Virus record (IMG/VR): IMGVR_UViG_3300048813_000106
Coordinates: 1 to 54,990 of that record
Origin: a virus
Taxonomy: Duplodnaviria > Caudoviricetes
DNA length: 54,990 bases
Direction: 5' to 3' (one strand)
Shown: positions 37,442-46,142 of the stretch, one piece after another
Numbering within the stretch: the stretch's first letter is position 1
How the letters are laid out: every line of letters starts with the position of its first letter
The notes under the pieces: generated by a model
What the model was told of the DNA's origin: nothing
Database searches by the model: none
What the model saw: only the letters and a program-made list of their open reading frames with translations
Translations under genes and position numbers: made by a program

Positions 37442-37489
37442 TTGACAAGAACGTGGAAAGCGTGCTACCTTGTTCTCGTTACCGGAACC
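37442..37489 (+). promoter_or_regulatory. Sigma70-type promoter followed by GTTACCGGAACC
   Basis: TTGACA-18 nt-TACCTT with TGn extension, motif at 37478-37489, AGGAGG RBS, ATG 37505. Confidence 0.75.
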
Positions 37490-37504
37490 TAGAGGAGGCC
37501 CACC

Positions 37505-37795
37505 ATGGCTAGCAGCACCGCATCAACCAAAGAGTTCGCCCCACGCGAGTTCAACCGCAACGATCAACACCTGACGCAGGAGGGCTATCGGCAGGAGTCA
37601 CACGCCCAACTGCAGCGCATGACGACAGACGCGGAATCGCTGACGCCCAACGATGCCCTACGCCTCGCTCAGCGCCTGCTCGTCGGGGTAGACGCCTACG
37701 GCATCCAGCAGCGCCCGGACTTCCAAAGCCCACAGGCGGTGCAGCGGTACGTCCGGAAAGCCATCGCAGCACTACGCGGACTAAGCCTCTCGTGA
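37505..37795 (+). CDS. Hypothetical early protein
   Basis: First ORF after the promoter, strong RBS. Confidence 0.65.
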   Translation: MASSTASTKEFAPREFNRNDQHLTQEGYRQESHAQLQRMTTDAESLTPNDALRLAQRLLVGVDAYGIQQRPDFQSPQAVQRYVRKAIAALRGLSLS

Positions 37796-38247
37796 GCACA
37801 CAGCTCGCAGCCGTCGCGAAGCTCGACCGCGACATCCAAGCCGAACAGGAGCACGACCGTCGCGTCCGTGAGCGCCGCACAGGCCAAGAACTCACCCGCC
37901 TAAGTGCCGAGGACAGCAGACACGAACCACGCCGACACGACGACGAAAGCGAGAGAGTGATGTCCAGCAAGATCACCCTATATCAGGGCCAGCGCCTAGG
38001 AGCATCGGGCGAGTTCGTCTACTCGCCTTGGCGCCACGGAGGATGGTACGTGGACAACGTGCGTTACCCAAGCGGAGCGGTCGGGTGCGTAAGCCGCAAC
38101 TATGCAGATCGGAAGTGGCGCATCGTCTGTGATGACCGTGGATACCCAGGCGGTCCCGTGGATTACACCTACGCCAACCGCGACGCAGCTGCGCGTGCAG
38201 AGCGCGAGCTGATCGCCGCAGGCCTCCTCGGAAAGGAGGACTCATGA
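37792..38247 (+). CDS. Hypothetical protein
   Basis: Coupled ORF; alternative start at 37960; aromatic-rich C-terminal domain. Confidence 0.6.
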   Translation: MSTQLAAVAKLDRDIQAEQEHDRRVRERRTGQELTRLSAEDSRHEPRRHDDESERVMSSKITLYQGQRLGASGEFVYSPWRHGGWYVDNVRYPSGAVGCVSRNYADRKWRIVCDDRGYPGGPVDYTYANRDAAARAERELIAAGLLGKEDS

Positions 38248-39203
38248 GCACAGAGCTAGCCCTACGACCAGAGCAGATCAGGGCCGAGATCGCCGCCGAC
38301 CCCGCACGCAGGGAGATGCTGAGAGAAGCAACCGCCGAACTACTCACCACCACGGAGAGCTTCATCACGCGGTACGTGGTGCTCCCTGACGAGGCCGCAA
38401 GCGCCGCCTGCGCGCTGTGGTGCTTGCATACATGGGTCCTCCCGGCCTGCGACTCCACGCCCTACCTGCTGCTCGTATCCAGCGAACCAGGCTCAGGAAA
38501 GACGCGAGCAATGGAAGCCCTTGGCTACCTCGTCAGACGACCGTGGAACACGTCAAGCACAACACCGACGGCCCTATTCCGGCGCATGGCCAGCGACCAG
38601 CCAACCCTGTTCCTGGACGAGATCGACACCGTATTCAAGGGCGGCTCCTCATACGAGGCCCTGCGAGCGATCCTCAACGCAGGGAACCGCAGAGGCGCCA
38701 CAGCCACACGCTGCGACGGGAAATGGGGCGTCGTGGAGTACGAGACGTTCGGCGCGAAGTGCCTCGCCGGGCTCGACAACGGGCACCTACCGTCCACCAT
38801 CCTCGACCGCAGCATCATCATTCACATGGTCAAGACGCAAGGCCAGACCGAGCGCCTACGGCCACGCCAAGCAGCCGCAGAGGCCGCACCACTCGCTCAC
38901 ACATTGGAGGCATGGGCGAGCATCGTCGTAGACGAGCTGGCGGCTATACGGCCCGATCTACCCCCGGAGCTTTCCGACCGTGCAGCTGACGCGTGGGAGG
39001 CTCTGGTGGCCCTCGCTGAGTTCGCTGGGGATGAGTGGGCGTCACGAGCCCGCACGGCCGCACAAGCCCTCACAGCGCCCTCTCACGGGATACCTGTAGA
39101 GCCAGCGCCCGAGATGGAGCTTCTTCCCAGCATGGTGGCGCTCATGCAGCCCAACACATCAACAGATGGGGTATCCACTTTGATGGCCCGGAGGGAGAGA
39201 TGA
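38244..39203 (+). CDS. P-loop ATPase, DUF3631-like
   Basis: Walker A EPGSGKT, Walker B LFLDEID, ILNAG, TILDRSI, LSDRAAD.WE.L. Confidence 0.82.
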   Translation: MSTELALRPEQIRAEIAADPARREMLREATAELLTTTESFITRYVVLPDEAASAACALWCLHTWVLPACDSTPYLLLVSSEPGSGKTRAMEALGYLVRRPWNTSSTTPTALFRRMASDQPTLFLDEIDTVFKGGSSYEALRAILNAGNRRGATATRCDGKWGVVEYETFGAKCLAGLDNGHLPSTILDRSIIIHMVKTQGQTERLRPRQAAAEAAPLAHTLEAWASIVVDELAAIRPDLPPELSDRAADAWEALVALAEFAGDEWASRARTAAQALTAPSHGIPVEPAPEMELLPSMVALMQPNTSTDGVSTLMARRER

Positions 39204-40186
39204 GGGATGACCTCACGGTCGGCTCCCTTTTCAGCGGGATCGGAGGGTTCGACCTCGGGCTTGAGCGCGCAGGCATGCGAGTGCTCTGGCAGTGCGAGGC
39301 AGATGGGTTCTGCCAGCGCGTTCTCGCCCGTCACTGGCCTGGACTCCCCATCTATCCAGACGTGTCCAAGCTGCGGGCAGCCGACTGTGCGCCCGTCGAT
39401 GTGCTCTGCGGAGGCTTCCCCTGCCAGGACATCTCCCTCGCCGGCCGAGGCGGCGGCATCCAAGACGGATCACGCTCGGGTCTTTGGCGGGAGTTTGCTC
39501 GGCTCATTGGGGAACTACGACCCCGCTACGTCGTCGTTGAGAACGTCCCAGCTATCACTTCTCGAGGACTCGACATCGTGCTTGCAGACCTTGCCGCGTG
39601 CGGGTTCGATGCGGAGTGGGACCATCTACCAGCGTCGGCCTTTGGCGCCCCTCACCGCCGCGATCGGTTCTGGCTTGTTGCCTACCCCGACTCAAGTGGA
39701 TGGGACGGGAGGACCGGGGCGCTCGGAGAAGCGAACGGGCGGCGACAATCTGCGGACTGCGGTGGCGATCCCGACGCCAACGGTGGGCGACTCCAAGAGC
39801 GCGCGCAACTCGACGGCGAAGCGCAACCGCATCCCGCCAACGGGGATACACGCCGGCAACACCCTGACGGACTTCGTGACGATGTGGCCGACGCCGACCA
39901 GGATCGACGCCGAGAAGGCATACGCGAGCCCGCCGGGACCGACGAACGACCGAGGCCGGGAAACCCTCTCGGGAGCGGTGCAGGCGATCCCCACGCCCAC
40001 AAGCAGCCGCAGGACGGGGCTGCAATCGCATGGGGTCAATGTCGTCACTGGCTCGCTGAACCCGACGTGGGTCGAGTGGCTCATGGGGTTCCCCTTCGAG
40101 TGGACCGACTGCGGGGACTCGGTAACGCGCTCGTCCCGCAAATTGCGCAATGGATCGGGGAAAGGATCATCGCGTGGGCCAGCTAA
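39200..40186 (+). CDS. DNA (cytosine-5) methyltransferase, alpha polypeptide
   Basis: Motifs I FSGIGG, IV GFPCQ, VI ENV, VIII HRRDR, X LGNALVP; no motif IX in this frame. Confidence 0.93.
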   Translation: MRDDLTVGSLFSGIGGFDLGLERAGMRVLWQCEADGFCQRVLARHWPGLPIYPDVSKLRAADCAPVDVLCGGFPCQDISLAGRGGGIQDGSRSGLWREFARLIGELRPRYVVVENVPAITSRGLDIVLADLAACGFDAEWDHLPASAFGAPHRRDRFWLVAYPDSSGWDGRTGALGEANGRRQSADCGGDPDANGGRLQERAQLDGEAQPHPANGDTRRQHPDGLRDDVADADQDRRREGIREPAGTDERPRPGNPLGSGAGDPHAHKQPQDGAAIAWGQCRHWLAEPDVGRVAHGVPLRVDRLRGLGNALVPQIAQWIGERIIAWAS

Positions 40187-40190
40187 GTAG
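39207..40190 (+). CDS. Overlapping +1-frame ORF, putative methyltransferase beta polypeptide
   Basis: 327 open codons; four PTPT modules and LNPTWVEWLMGFPFEWT (motif IX-like); true start may be internal. Confidence 0.7.
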   Translation: MTSRSAPFSAGSEGSTSGLSAQACECSGSARQMGSASAFSPVTGLDSPSIQTCPSCGQPTVRPSMCSAEASPARTSPSPAEAAASKTDHARVFGGSLLGSLGNYDPATSSLRTSQLSLLEDSTSCLQTLPRAGSMRSGTIYQRRPLAPLTAAIGSGLLPTPTQVDGTGGPGRSEKRTGGDNLRTAVAIPTPTVGDSKSARNSTAKRNRIPPTGIHAGNTLTDFVTMWPTPTRIDAEKAYASPPGPTNDRGRETLSGAVQAIPTPTSSRRTGLQSHGVNVVTGSLNPTWVEWLMGFPFEWTDCGDSVTRSSRKLRNGSGKGSSRGPAK

Positions 40191-40243
40191 ATACCCCATC
40201 ATCAACAGACGCCGCTCTCTGCGGCATAGGAGGCTAGGAAACC

Positions 40244-40591
40244 ATGCCCGACAAGCCGCGTATCTTCTGCTTTATCAACGGGGGAAAGGGCACCGACTGG
40301 GTGCGAGTAATGGCAATAGCCGAGGACGGCACTTGCCTTGGTCAGCACGTATCGAGCAGCGATGACTTCGCCGTGCTCGACAGCAGGTTTGCCGAGGCAC
40401 CAGAGTACGCCTCGATGCAGTGGGGGCCGAACCTCGCGAAGCGTGCCGCCTTTGAAGCACACTATCCCGAGGGCTTCGATCTGGAGTGGGTAGACAACCC
40501 GTTGAGACACGCCGGGCTCCTGGCCGCCTACCAGCTGAATCAGGCGCAACACGAGCACCCGCTCGCCGCCTCCACAGGACAGGAGGGCTGA
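40244..40591 (+). CDS. Hypothetical protein
   Basis: AGGAGG/AGGA RBS; AIAEDGTCLGQH.SS. Confidence 0.7.
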   Translation: MPDKPRIFCFINGGKGTDWVRVMAIAEDGTCLGQHVSSSDDFAVLDSRFAEAPEYASMQWGPNLAKRAAFEAHYPEGFDLEWVDNPLRHAGLLAAYQLNQAQHEHPLAASTGQEG

Positions 40592-40773
40592 GGCGATGAC
40601 CACGCCACTGGAGAGCGTTCAAGCAGCGAAGGATGCCGCCTATGACGCCAAGAACGAGACGGAGGATGACCCCTGCGACATCTCAGCCGAACTGGAAGAA
40701 GCCATCGACGCTCTCAACCGCGCCGAGTGTGCTCTCGAAACTGCGCTCCGGGCGGCGGGACAGGAGGGCTGAG
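40577..40773 (+). repeat. 16-bp direct repeat GGACAGGAGGGCTGAG at two gene junctions
   Basis: Exact copies at 40577-40592 and 40758-40773. Confidence 0.85.
40596..40772 (+). CDS. Small acidic helical protein (58 aa)
   Basis: AGGAGG RBS; MTTPLESVQAAKDAAYDAK...; below the track cut-off. Confidence 0.6.
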   Translation: MTTPLESVQAAKDAAYDAKNETEDDPCDISAELEEAIDALNRAECALETALRAAGQEG

Positions 40774-40843
40774 CGATGGGTGCCGCGTTGATACTCGGCC
40801 TGCTCTTGGCGTGGGCAACCTTTAAGGAACGAAAGGCAGAACG

Positions 40844-41182
40844 ATGAGGAAGGTCAACCAGCCCGAACGATGCTCCAAATGTGGTGTCGTCATCTACGGC
40901 GATCCCGCACTTCGTCCCATGCGTCTGTGTGATCGCCATCTGCATGAGGCACGCCTAGCCAGCGGCCCCTTTGGTTGCTCCACGGCGGCGATTGACGAGG
41001 GCTACGGGGAACCCCTACCACCCGAGCCCAAGGGCAAGCTACGCGCGTTCGGGCTAACCCATGAGGCGACATGCTGCCTCTGCGGCGCACCGCTAAGTGA
41101 CGGCGAATGGGCCGTGCGGATGAACGGGGGTGGGATTGCTCAGCCGTCGTGTGCAGGCGATGCGGGCTGGGAGATCGAATGA
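40844..41182 (+). CDS. Cys-rich zinc-binding protein
   Basis: CSKCG...LCDRH and CCLCG...C; AAAGG RBS. Confidence 0.6.
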   Translation: MRKVNQPERCSKCGVVIYGDPALRPMRLCDRHLHEARLASGPFGCSTAAIDEGYGEPLPPEPKGKLRAFGLTHEATCCLCGAPLSDGEWAVRMNGGGIAQPSCAGDAGWEIE

Positions 41183-41300
41183 CCCCGCGTGTCCGTCCTC
41201 CCCGGCCCCTCCAACGCCCCTTAGAACACCGAGGAGAACGCAAACGCACACCCATAACCAACCAGCGGGCGAGAGTCCGTGCAAGCCACAGGAACCAACG

Positions 41301-41723
41301 ATGAGACTGCGTAGAAGGCGTGAGCGGCCCCGAGTAGACGAGATGCTCGACATGGAGCCTGCAGACCCCGAGCGCATTTGCCGTGCAGCAGAACAGCGTC
41401 TACAGCGGGAATGCTGGGACGTGGACCAGCTACTCATTACCTCAGTGCTCGCGGACCCCGATGGCCTCGCCTCTCAGGACGAAGCAGACTCCGGGACAGA
41501 GGAGGACACACGACACATGCCCGAGCCTCTCTCGCTACCACGCATCGACGCCTGGAAGGATGCCCTCGGGCACCTCCTGGGAGAAGTGGAGGACGCATAC
41601 CCCGAAAACGTCAAGGGATCGTACCCCTCGGCGTTTGAGTGCGCGTTGCACGTAGCGCGAGAAGTCCTCAGGACCGAGGCGCACCGTCTTGAAGATCGTC
41701 TACGAGAGGAGAGGTTCTCATGA
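41301..41723 (+). CDS. Hypothetical protein
   Basis: AGGA RBS before ATG 41301; ATGA overlap downstream. Confidence 0.55.
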   Translation: MRLRRRRERPRVDEMLDMEPADPERICRAAEQRLQRECWDVDQLLITSVLADPDGLASQDEADSGTEEDTRHMPEPLSLPRIDAWKDALGHLLGEVEDAYPENVKGSYPSAFECALHVAREVLRTEAHRLEDRLREERFS

Positions 41724-42004
41724 GCGCTTCAACACGCAGCGACGGGTGCGAGGAGGAGCGCCTAGCAGGACTCGACCGCGCCCACCAGCATTACACGAAC
41801 ACGCTCGCCCACGCACACTGCATCAACGCCCTAGAGGACATCTCCAAGAAAGCCCTCAGAGCCCAAAACCACGGCAGCATGGCCGACGCCCTACTCGCCA
41901 TCAACGAAACGGCTCAGAAAGGCCCTACAGAGGCCCGTAGAGGGCACGAGGGTCCGTTGCCTCATGCCACACCGAGGGGAGCAAGGCACGGTTGTGGGCT
42001 TTGA
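41720..42004 (+). CDS. Hypothetical protein, possibly frameshifted into an ORF ending at 42098
   Basis: Coupled start; see finding on the +1 shift near 41918. Confidence 0.55.
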   Translation: MSASTRSDGCEEERLAGLDRAHQHYTNTLAHAHCINALEDISKKALRAQNHGSMADALLAINETAQKGPTEARRGHEGPLPHATPRGARHGCGL

Positions 42005-42094
42005 CGTTGACTTGGGGCAAAGCCTTGTGGAGTGGGATGAGCTGCGCGGGCTGCCGCCCGAGGCCGTCGAGCCGAGCGAGATGGAAGTGACCTC

Positions 42095-42370
42095 GTGATG
42101 ACGCCCGACGATGCCCAGCTACCGTGGGACTCCTCGTTCGACTCGACCAACATCAACCGCATCGCGTTCCTCAAGGACGACCCCGAGGACTACGGCACAG
42201 AGGGCCACGGCACGCTCTACGTCGAGTTCTCAAGCGGCAGCATCTACCGCTACCTCCACGTCTCCTACCAGCACCACACAGAGCTACTGGACGCGCCGAG
42301 CGTCGGCGGCTACCTCAACAGCGAGATCAAGCCCATCTACGACTACGAACGGGTAGAGGTCCTCCAGTAG
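42095..42370 (+). CDS. KTSC domain protein
   Basis: STNI..I...TLYVEFSSGSIYRY..V......LL.APSVGGYLN..IK. Confidence 0.88.
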   Translation: MMTPDDAQLPWDSSFDSTNINRIAFLKDDPEDYGTEGHGTLYVEFSSGSIYRYLHVSYQHHTELLDAPSVGGYLNSEIKPIYDYERVEVLQ

Positions 42371-42372
42371 CC

Positions 42373-42675
42373 TCAAGCCGTGACGCTGTAGGTCCCTTCG
42401 CCCGTGCGCGTGTCGAAGTGGACGCGGGCACCGGCCTTCTCCGCATCGACCGTGTGTCCCTCGATGCGCCCCGCGCGTCTATACGCGCCCCGGTAAAAGG
42501 CGGTGTAATAGGCCACGAATCTACGGTTCTGCGCGATTCCCGTGACGTAGGCGCTTGACGGACTCATAACGAGTACGTCAGGCTCCTCCGCGCACAGTTC
42601 GACCCCTCGGCCCGCCGGGAGAGGCCGTCCGTCGATACGTACCTCTGAGTTCGACCATGACATGAGCGTCCGCAT
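42373..42675 (-). CDS. Hypothetical protein, paralog of 31787..32083
   Basis: Shared motifs with the 31.8 kb gene. Confidence 0.75.
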   Translation of the reverse strand: MRTLMSWSNSEVRIDGRPLPAGRGVELCAEEPDVLVMSPSSAYVTGIAQNRRFVAYYTAFYRGAYRRAGRIEGHTVDAEKAGARVHFDTRTGEGTYSVTA

Positions 42676-43388
42676 CAGCGACGAATCCTACCCTCTCTGA
42701 GACGGTCCATGTACGGAGGAGGAGGATCGGAAAGCCTCCCAGCCACAGCGACCCGAGTGAACATCTCCTCCCCCATCCGGGTCACAAGCACAGGGGCAGG
42801 CCGCTTACGCCCGACACGCAGAAAAGTCGCCGGTAGAGGTATACGGAGCTTCTCGGGTTCGCTCCACTTCTGAGGGGCGCGCAAGGCATACGCGATGCGC
42901 TTGTTGGCGGCCATCACAGACGCGTGCGCCACGTTCTCCTCAAGTCCCCACAGCAACAGCCGGCGACACGACTTGCCCATCCTGAGGACCATTGTGGGGA
43001 GCGGCTTGAAACGCCCTGCCCTGCGCGCCTGGTCCTTACTCTCCACCCAGCACCACAGAACCGTGCACTCCCCAGGGCCACCAATCCCACGCTGGCGTTC
43101 CGGCAACCCAAGCTCAAGCTGCGTGCTGTCGCGACCCCTCGCAATGCGGCGTAGAAGGTCAGTGGCCGTTTCGCTCGGCTGCGAGCAATCCACCCAGCCG
43201 CTAGCCACCGCAGACCCATCCCGATACACAGGCGCGACACCCCCACCCCACCCCGTCAAGAACGCCAACAACCCCACAGCCTCCACGTCCTCTGCTGTCG
43301 GGGACCACGCCTCCGAGGCCGGTAGGACCGTGCTCCACTCCCCTTGGTCCGTTACTACGTAGCGGTTCGGGAGGGCGTGAGCGCTCAT
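42675..43388 (-). CDS. RepB-primase-like protein, apparently catalytically degenerate
   Basis: LW....; P.PTMVL.MG....LLW.L; N.RIA.AL; LRIPLP.T scaffold resembles the RepB' primase domain. Confidence 0.5.
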   Translation of the reverse strand: MSAHALPNRYVVTDQGEWSTVLPASEAWSPTAEDVEAVGLLAFLTGWGGGVAPVYRDGSAVASGWVDCSQPSETATDLLRRIARGRDSTQLELGLPERQRGIGGPGECTVLWCWVESKDQARRAGRFKPLPTMVLRMGKSCRRLLLWGLEENVAHASVMAANKRIAYALRAPQKWSEPEKLRIPLPATFLRVGRKRPAPVLVTRMGEEMFTRVAVAGRLSDPPPPYMDRLREGRIRR

Positions 43389-43527
43389 CTGCCCCTCGGA
43401 CGGCCGTGACGGCGCTTACGGGGACGATTGCGGCGGCTGCGCGCTTGTGCACGCCACCCTCCGCGCAACACAAGCTTGAGAGCCCGTGGCATCACGTACT
43501 CGTGAGTCTTTGCGTATTCGCCTGCGG

Positions 43528-43938
43528 TCATACCGCCTCCCTCTCGAAGCGCCGGACCCGCACATCCCTGCTAGTAGCCAGGAAAAACCGGGTGCAAGGC
43601 CCCGCATAGTCCAACTCCTCCCCATCGTCCCGCCAGAACACCCCCACGCACGCCGTAGGGCCACGAGACGCCAAAGGCGTAGTCATCCCGCAGCTACACC
43701 ACACGAGACGCTTAGAACGCCCCTGCGCGTCTGTGGTGAGGATGACGTGCTCCGGAGGAACCGACTTCGACCAGAGTCCGAGAAAGCCCGGTATCGCGTG
43801 CGCCAACGTCAACCCGTCGAACGGATTACGCGGCACCAGACGCCCAAGCCTGTCATGCGGCCTATGATCCCCCACCTGGAGATACGGACGGTCTACGGCA
43901 GGTTCGGGCCAGCACGCTTCGTCCTCGGGAGCACTCAT
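43528..43938 (-). CDS. Hypothetical Cys-containing protein
   Basis: CSCG...C...C; ATGA coupling. Confidence 0.6.
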   Translation of the reverse strand: MSAPEDEACWPEPAVDRPYLQVGDHRPHDRLGRLVPRNPFDGLTLAHAIPGFLGLWSKSVPPEHVILTTDAQGRSKRLVWCSCGMTTPLASRGPTACVGVFWRDDGEELDYAGPCTRFFLATSRDVRVRRFEREAV

Positions 43939-44321
43939 GGTTCTGCCACCCCTTGCTCGGTGTCCCGCACGGCGAGAGCGTCGATGGCGTTACGAACCAC
44001 CAAGTCTCGCTCCTCGTCGCTGTAGTTCGACGTGTTCTGCTGAACCCACGCAAGTAGCTCAGTCAGTGCCTCCCGCTCGTGCGGCTGCTCCTGTACTGAC
44101 AGGTAGGCGGCGATGGCGCGCTGGGCCGCACGGCGATATTCCGCTTTGCCGTTCTCTAGAGCTTCAAAGGCGCTGTCATCAATCTCGTAGCAGATCGCCT
44201 TCGCCGCTGCCTCTAGTCCTGCCGGGTCCAGCTCAGGTGCGCTCTCGCTTCCGCCTGCTGCGCTACCCTCCATAACGATTCTCCTCTGTTCGTTGCCGGT
44301 CCGCGAGCCGCTCTCCCTCAC
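43935..44321 (-). CDS. Hypothetical protein
   Basis: LEAAAKAI...YRRAAQRAIAAY, a common small phage motif; start uncertain. Confidence 0.6.
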   Translation of the reverse strand: MRESGSRTGNEQRRIVMEGSAAGGSESAPELDPAGLEAAAKAICYEIDDSAFEALENGKAEYRRAAQRAIAAYLSVQEQPHEREALTELLAWVQQNTSNYSDEERDLVVRNAIDALAVRDTEQGVAEP

Positions 44322-44344
44322 CCAGGGGGCGGCTCGCCCTGTTT

Positions 44345-44905
44345 CTACGCCTCCGCCACTTCCGGACCATCCCCGAGCAGCTTCGAGACTGTCGCCGAGG
44401 AAACACCCGCCTCATGCAGCAAATCAAGCACTTGCACGCGCGAGTACATCTCCCCCGCGTTCTCGACGTGCATCGCCCGGATCGGCTGACGCAACGTGAA
44501 CTCCTCAATCGTATGATCCCCACCCGCCTGAGCGTCACGATGTTTCGCGACAGGGACCGGCGCTCCCGGTAGACCACGCACCAGCAGCGTGACCTCCTGT
44601 TCGGGGTGCAGCAGACCACCAGTGAGAGGAACCTCAGCACTGGACAGAGACGCCTTGAGCGTCACACGCTGCCCCGGTTTGATCAAGTTCTTCAACGTGA
44701 TTTTGCTGTCGCCCTCCACCACCCCTACAGGGAACAGCTCATCGTCATCAGGGTCGCTGTTCTGCACGCGATCAGCGACACTCGTCCCGGCTTTCGCCTC
44801 CCTACGACGAGCCAGCTCGTCCTCATCCGGGCTGCCATCCCGCGCGGCAGGCGTACCCTCCGGCTTCTCAGCATCACCCGGCGGATCGGCTTTTCTACGT
44901 GTCAT
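44345..44905 (-). CDS. Hypothetical protein
   Basis: GAAGGAG RBS; 186 aa. Confidence 0.7.
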   Translation of the reverse strand: MTRRKADPPGDAEKPEGTPAARDGSPDEDELARRREAKAGTSVADRVQNSDPDDDELFPVGVVEGDSKITLKNLIKPGQRVTLKASLSSAEVPLTGGLLHPEQEVTLLVRGLPGAPVPVAKHRDAQAGGDHTIEEFTLRQPIRAMHVENAGEMYSRVQVLDLLHEAGVSSATVSKLLGDGPEVAEA

Positions 44906-44950
44906 GCGTGATCTCCTTCTCGTTCGTGTGGTTGACGTTGGAATCTACGC

Positions 44951-45499
44951 TCACGCCGCCCGCTCCAACGCAAGCAGCTCGTCTAGCCGCTGCATCGTCT
45001 CCTCGCGGGTCAGTTCCTCCCCGAGATAAACGAGCGCGTAATAGGCCGCGACGTACGGCTCAAACCAAGTGCTGTGCCCCCACGGCCAGACACGCGCCAT
45101 CTGGACCTTCCCTTGCACTTGCAGGTGACACCGTTGGCAGAGAGGCGTCAAATTCCACCAGCGCAGGTCCGCCTTGTTCCCGTTGAGATGGTGAACGGTG
45201 AGGATGCGCCAGCGGGCTTCGACGGGGATACCCAGAGCGAACCCCGAGAGCAAACCAGCGGGTTTGTCGCCAGCGTCGAACTCCATCCCAGCGGGTCCGT
45301 AGCGGACGGGACCCGTGTGGGTGCATCGCTTATCGCAAGCGGACCACTCGCCTTCTCCCGAAGAATACGGATGTAGGCAGCGCACGCAGCGATCGCCCGA
45401 GAGCACGCGGACTTCATGCTTGACCCTCTCATGCCACTCCGGGGGGTAGCCATCCTTGGCGCACTCCTCGGCCTTGTAGAGACGCATTAGCTCGCTCAT
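44951..45499 (-). CDS. HNH endonuclease
   Basis: YPPEW...CVRC...LTVHHLNGNK......NL..LCQRCH. Confidence 0.85.
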   Translation of the reverse strand: MSELMRLYKAEECAKDGYPPEWHERVKHEVRVLSGDRCVRCLHPYSSGEGEWSACDKRCTHTGPVRYGPAGMEFDAGDKPAGLLSGFALGIPVEARWRILTVHHLNGNKADLRWWNLTPLCQRCHLQVQGKVQMARVWPWGHSTWFEPYVAAYYALVYLGEELTREETMQRLDELLALERAA

Positions 45500-45909
45500 G
45501 CTGGCGGGTGCTCCCGTAGAAGGGCAGCGACAGCCCAATCCCCAAGCTCCCGAGCGAACAGCATGCAGGACTCAGGGAGAGCCTCAAAGGGCACCACTGC
45601 GAAGCGAGCAGTGTGCCGTTCGTGCTCGGGACGGACCAGCACCACGCCGTTCCTAGGGTCGAAGCGAAGCTCCGGCGGTAGCTTCTGCTTCTCCACAGGG
45701 TGATGGGCGTGCCATTCCCAGGAGCTGCCTGCACGCAGAGTCATCCGGCCCGTCTGAACACACCGACCCCCACAAGCATCCCACACAGCCAGCCTCCACT
45801 CCCCAGGACTCAACGGCCCCTCCGGTAGGGCACGGGCCTTCCGTCGCCTCCCAGCAGCCCCCACGGGGCTCAGGCGAGACGTACCACGGGCCAGGGGCGA
45901 GCGTTTCAT
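45496..45909 (-). CDS. HNH-like protein
   Basis: MKRSPL.R..L...GRCV..G...HAHH........DPRNGVVL...H..H. Confidence 0.7.
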   Translation of the reverse strand: MKRSPLARGTSRLSPVGAAGRRRKARALPEGPLSPGEWRLAVWDACGGRCVQTGRMTLRAGSSWEWHAHHPVEKQKLPPELRFDPRNGVVLVRPEHERHTARFAVVPFEALPESCMLFARELGDWAVAALLREHPPA

Positions 45910-46142
45910 GCCGCACGCTCCCGCGTCTGCGAGAACATACCCTCATACGACTGCCCAAACGGGTGCGTCACCCAACGATGTTTTTCCATCCGCAAGTCCG
46001 CCTGATCCATCTTCGCGAGCCTGTACGCCACCGTCACAGGCCTCGGATCAACCTCACGCCCGCAACACAAGCAACGCCCGTCGTCCAGCACGATGGAATG
46101 ATGACGAGTACAGGACAGCTTGAGCGGGATGACCTCGATCAC
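45906..46142 (-). CDS. Hypothetical protein
   Basis: C..H...CLCCG; coupled. Confidence 0.55.
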   Translation of the reverse strand: MIEVIPLKLSCTRHHSIVLDDGRCLCCGREVDPRPVTVAYRLAKMDQADLRMEKHRWVTHPFGQSYEGMFSQTRERAA

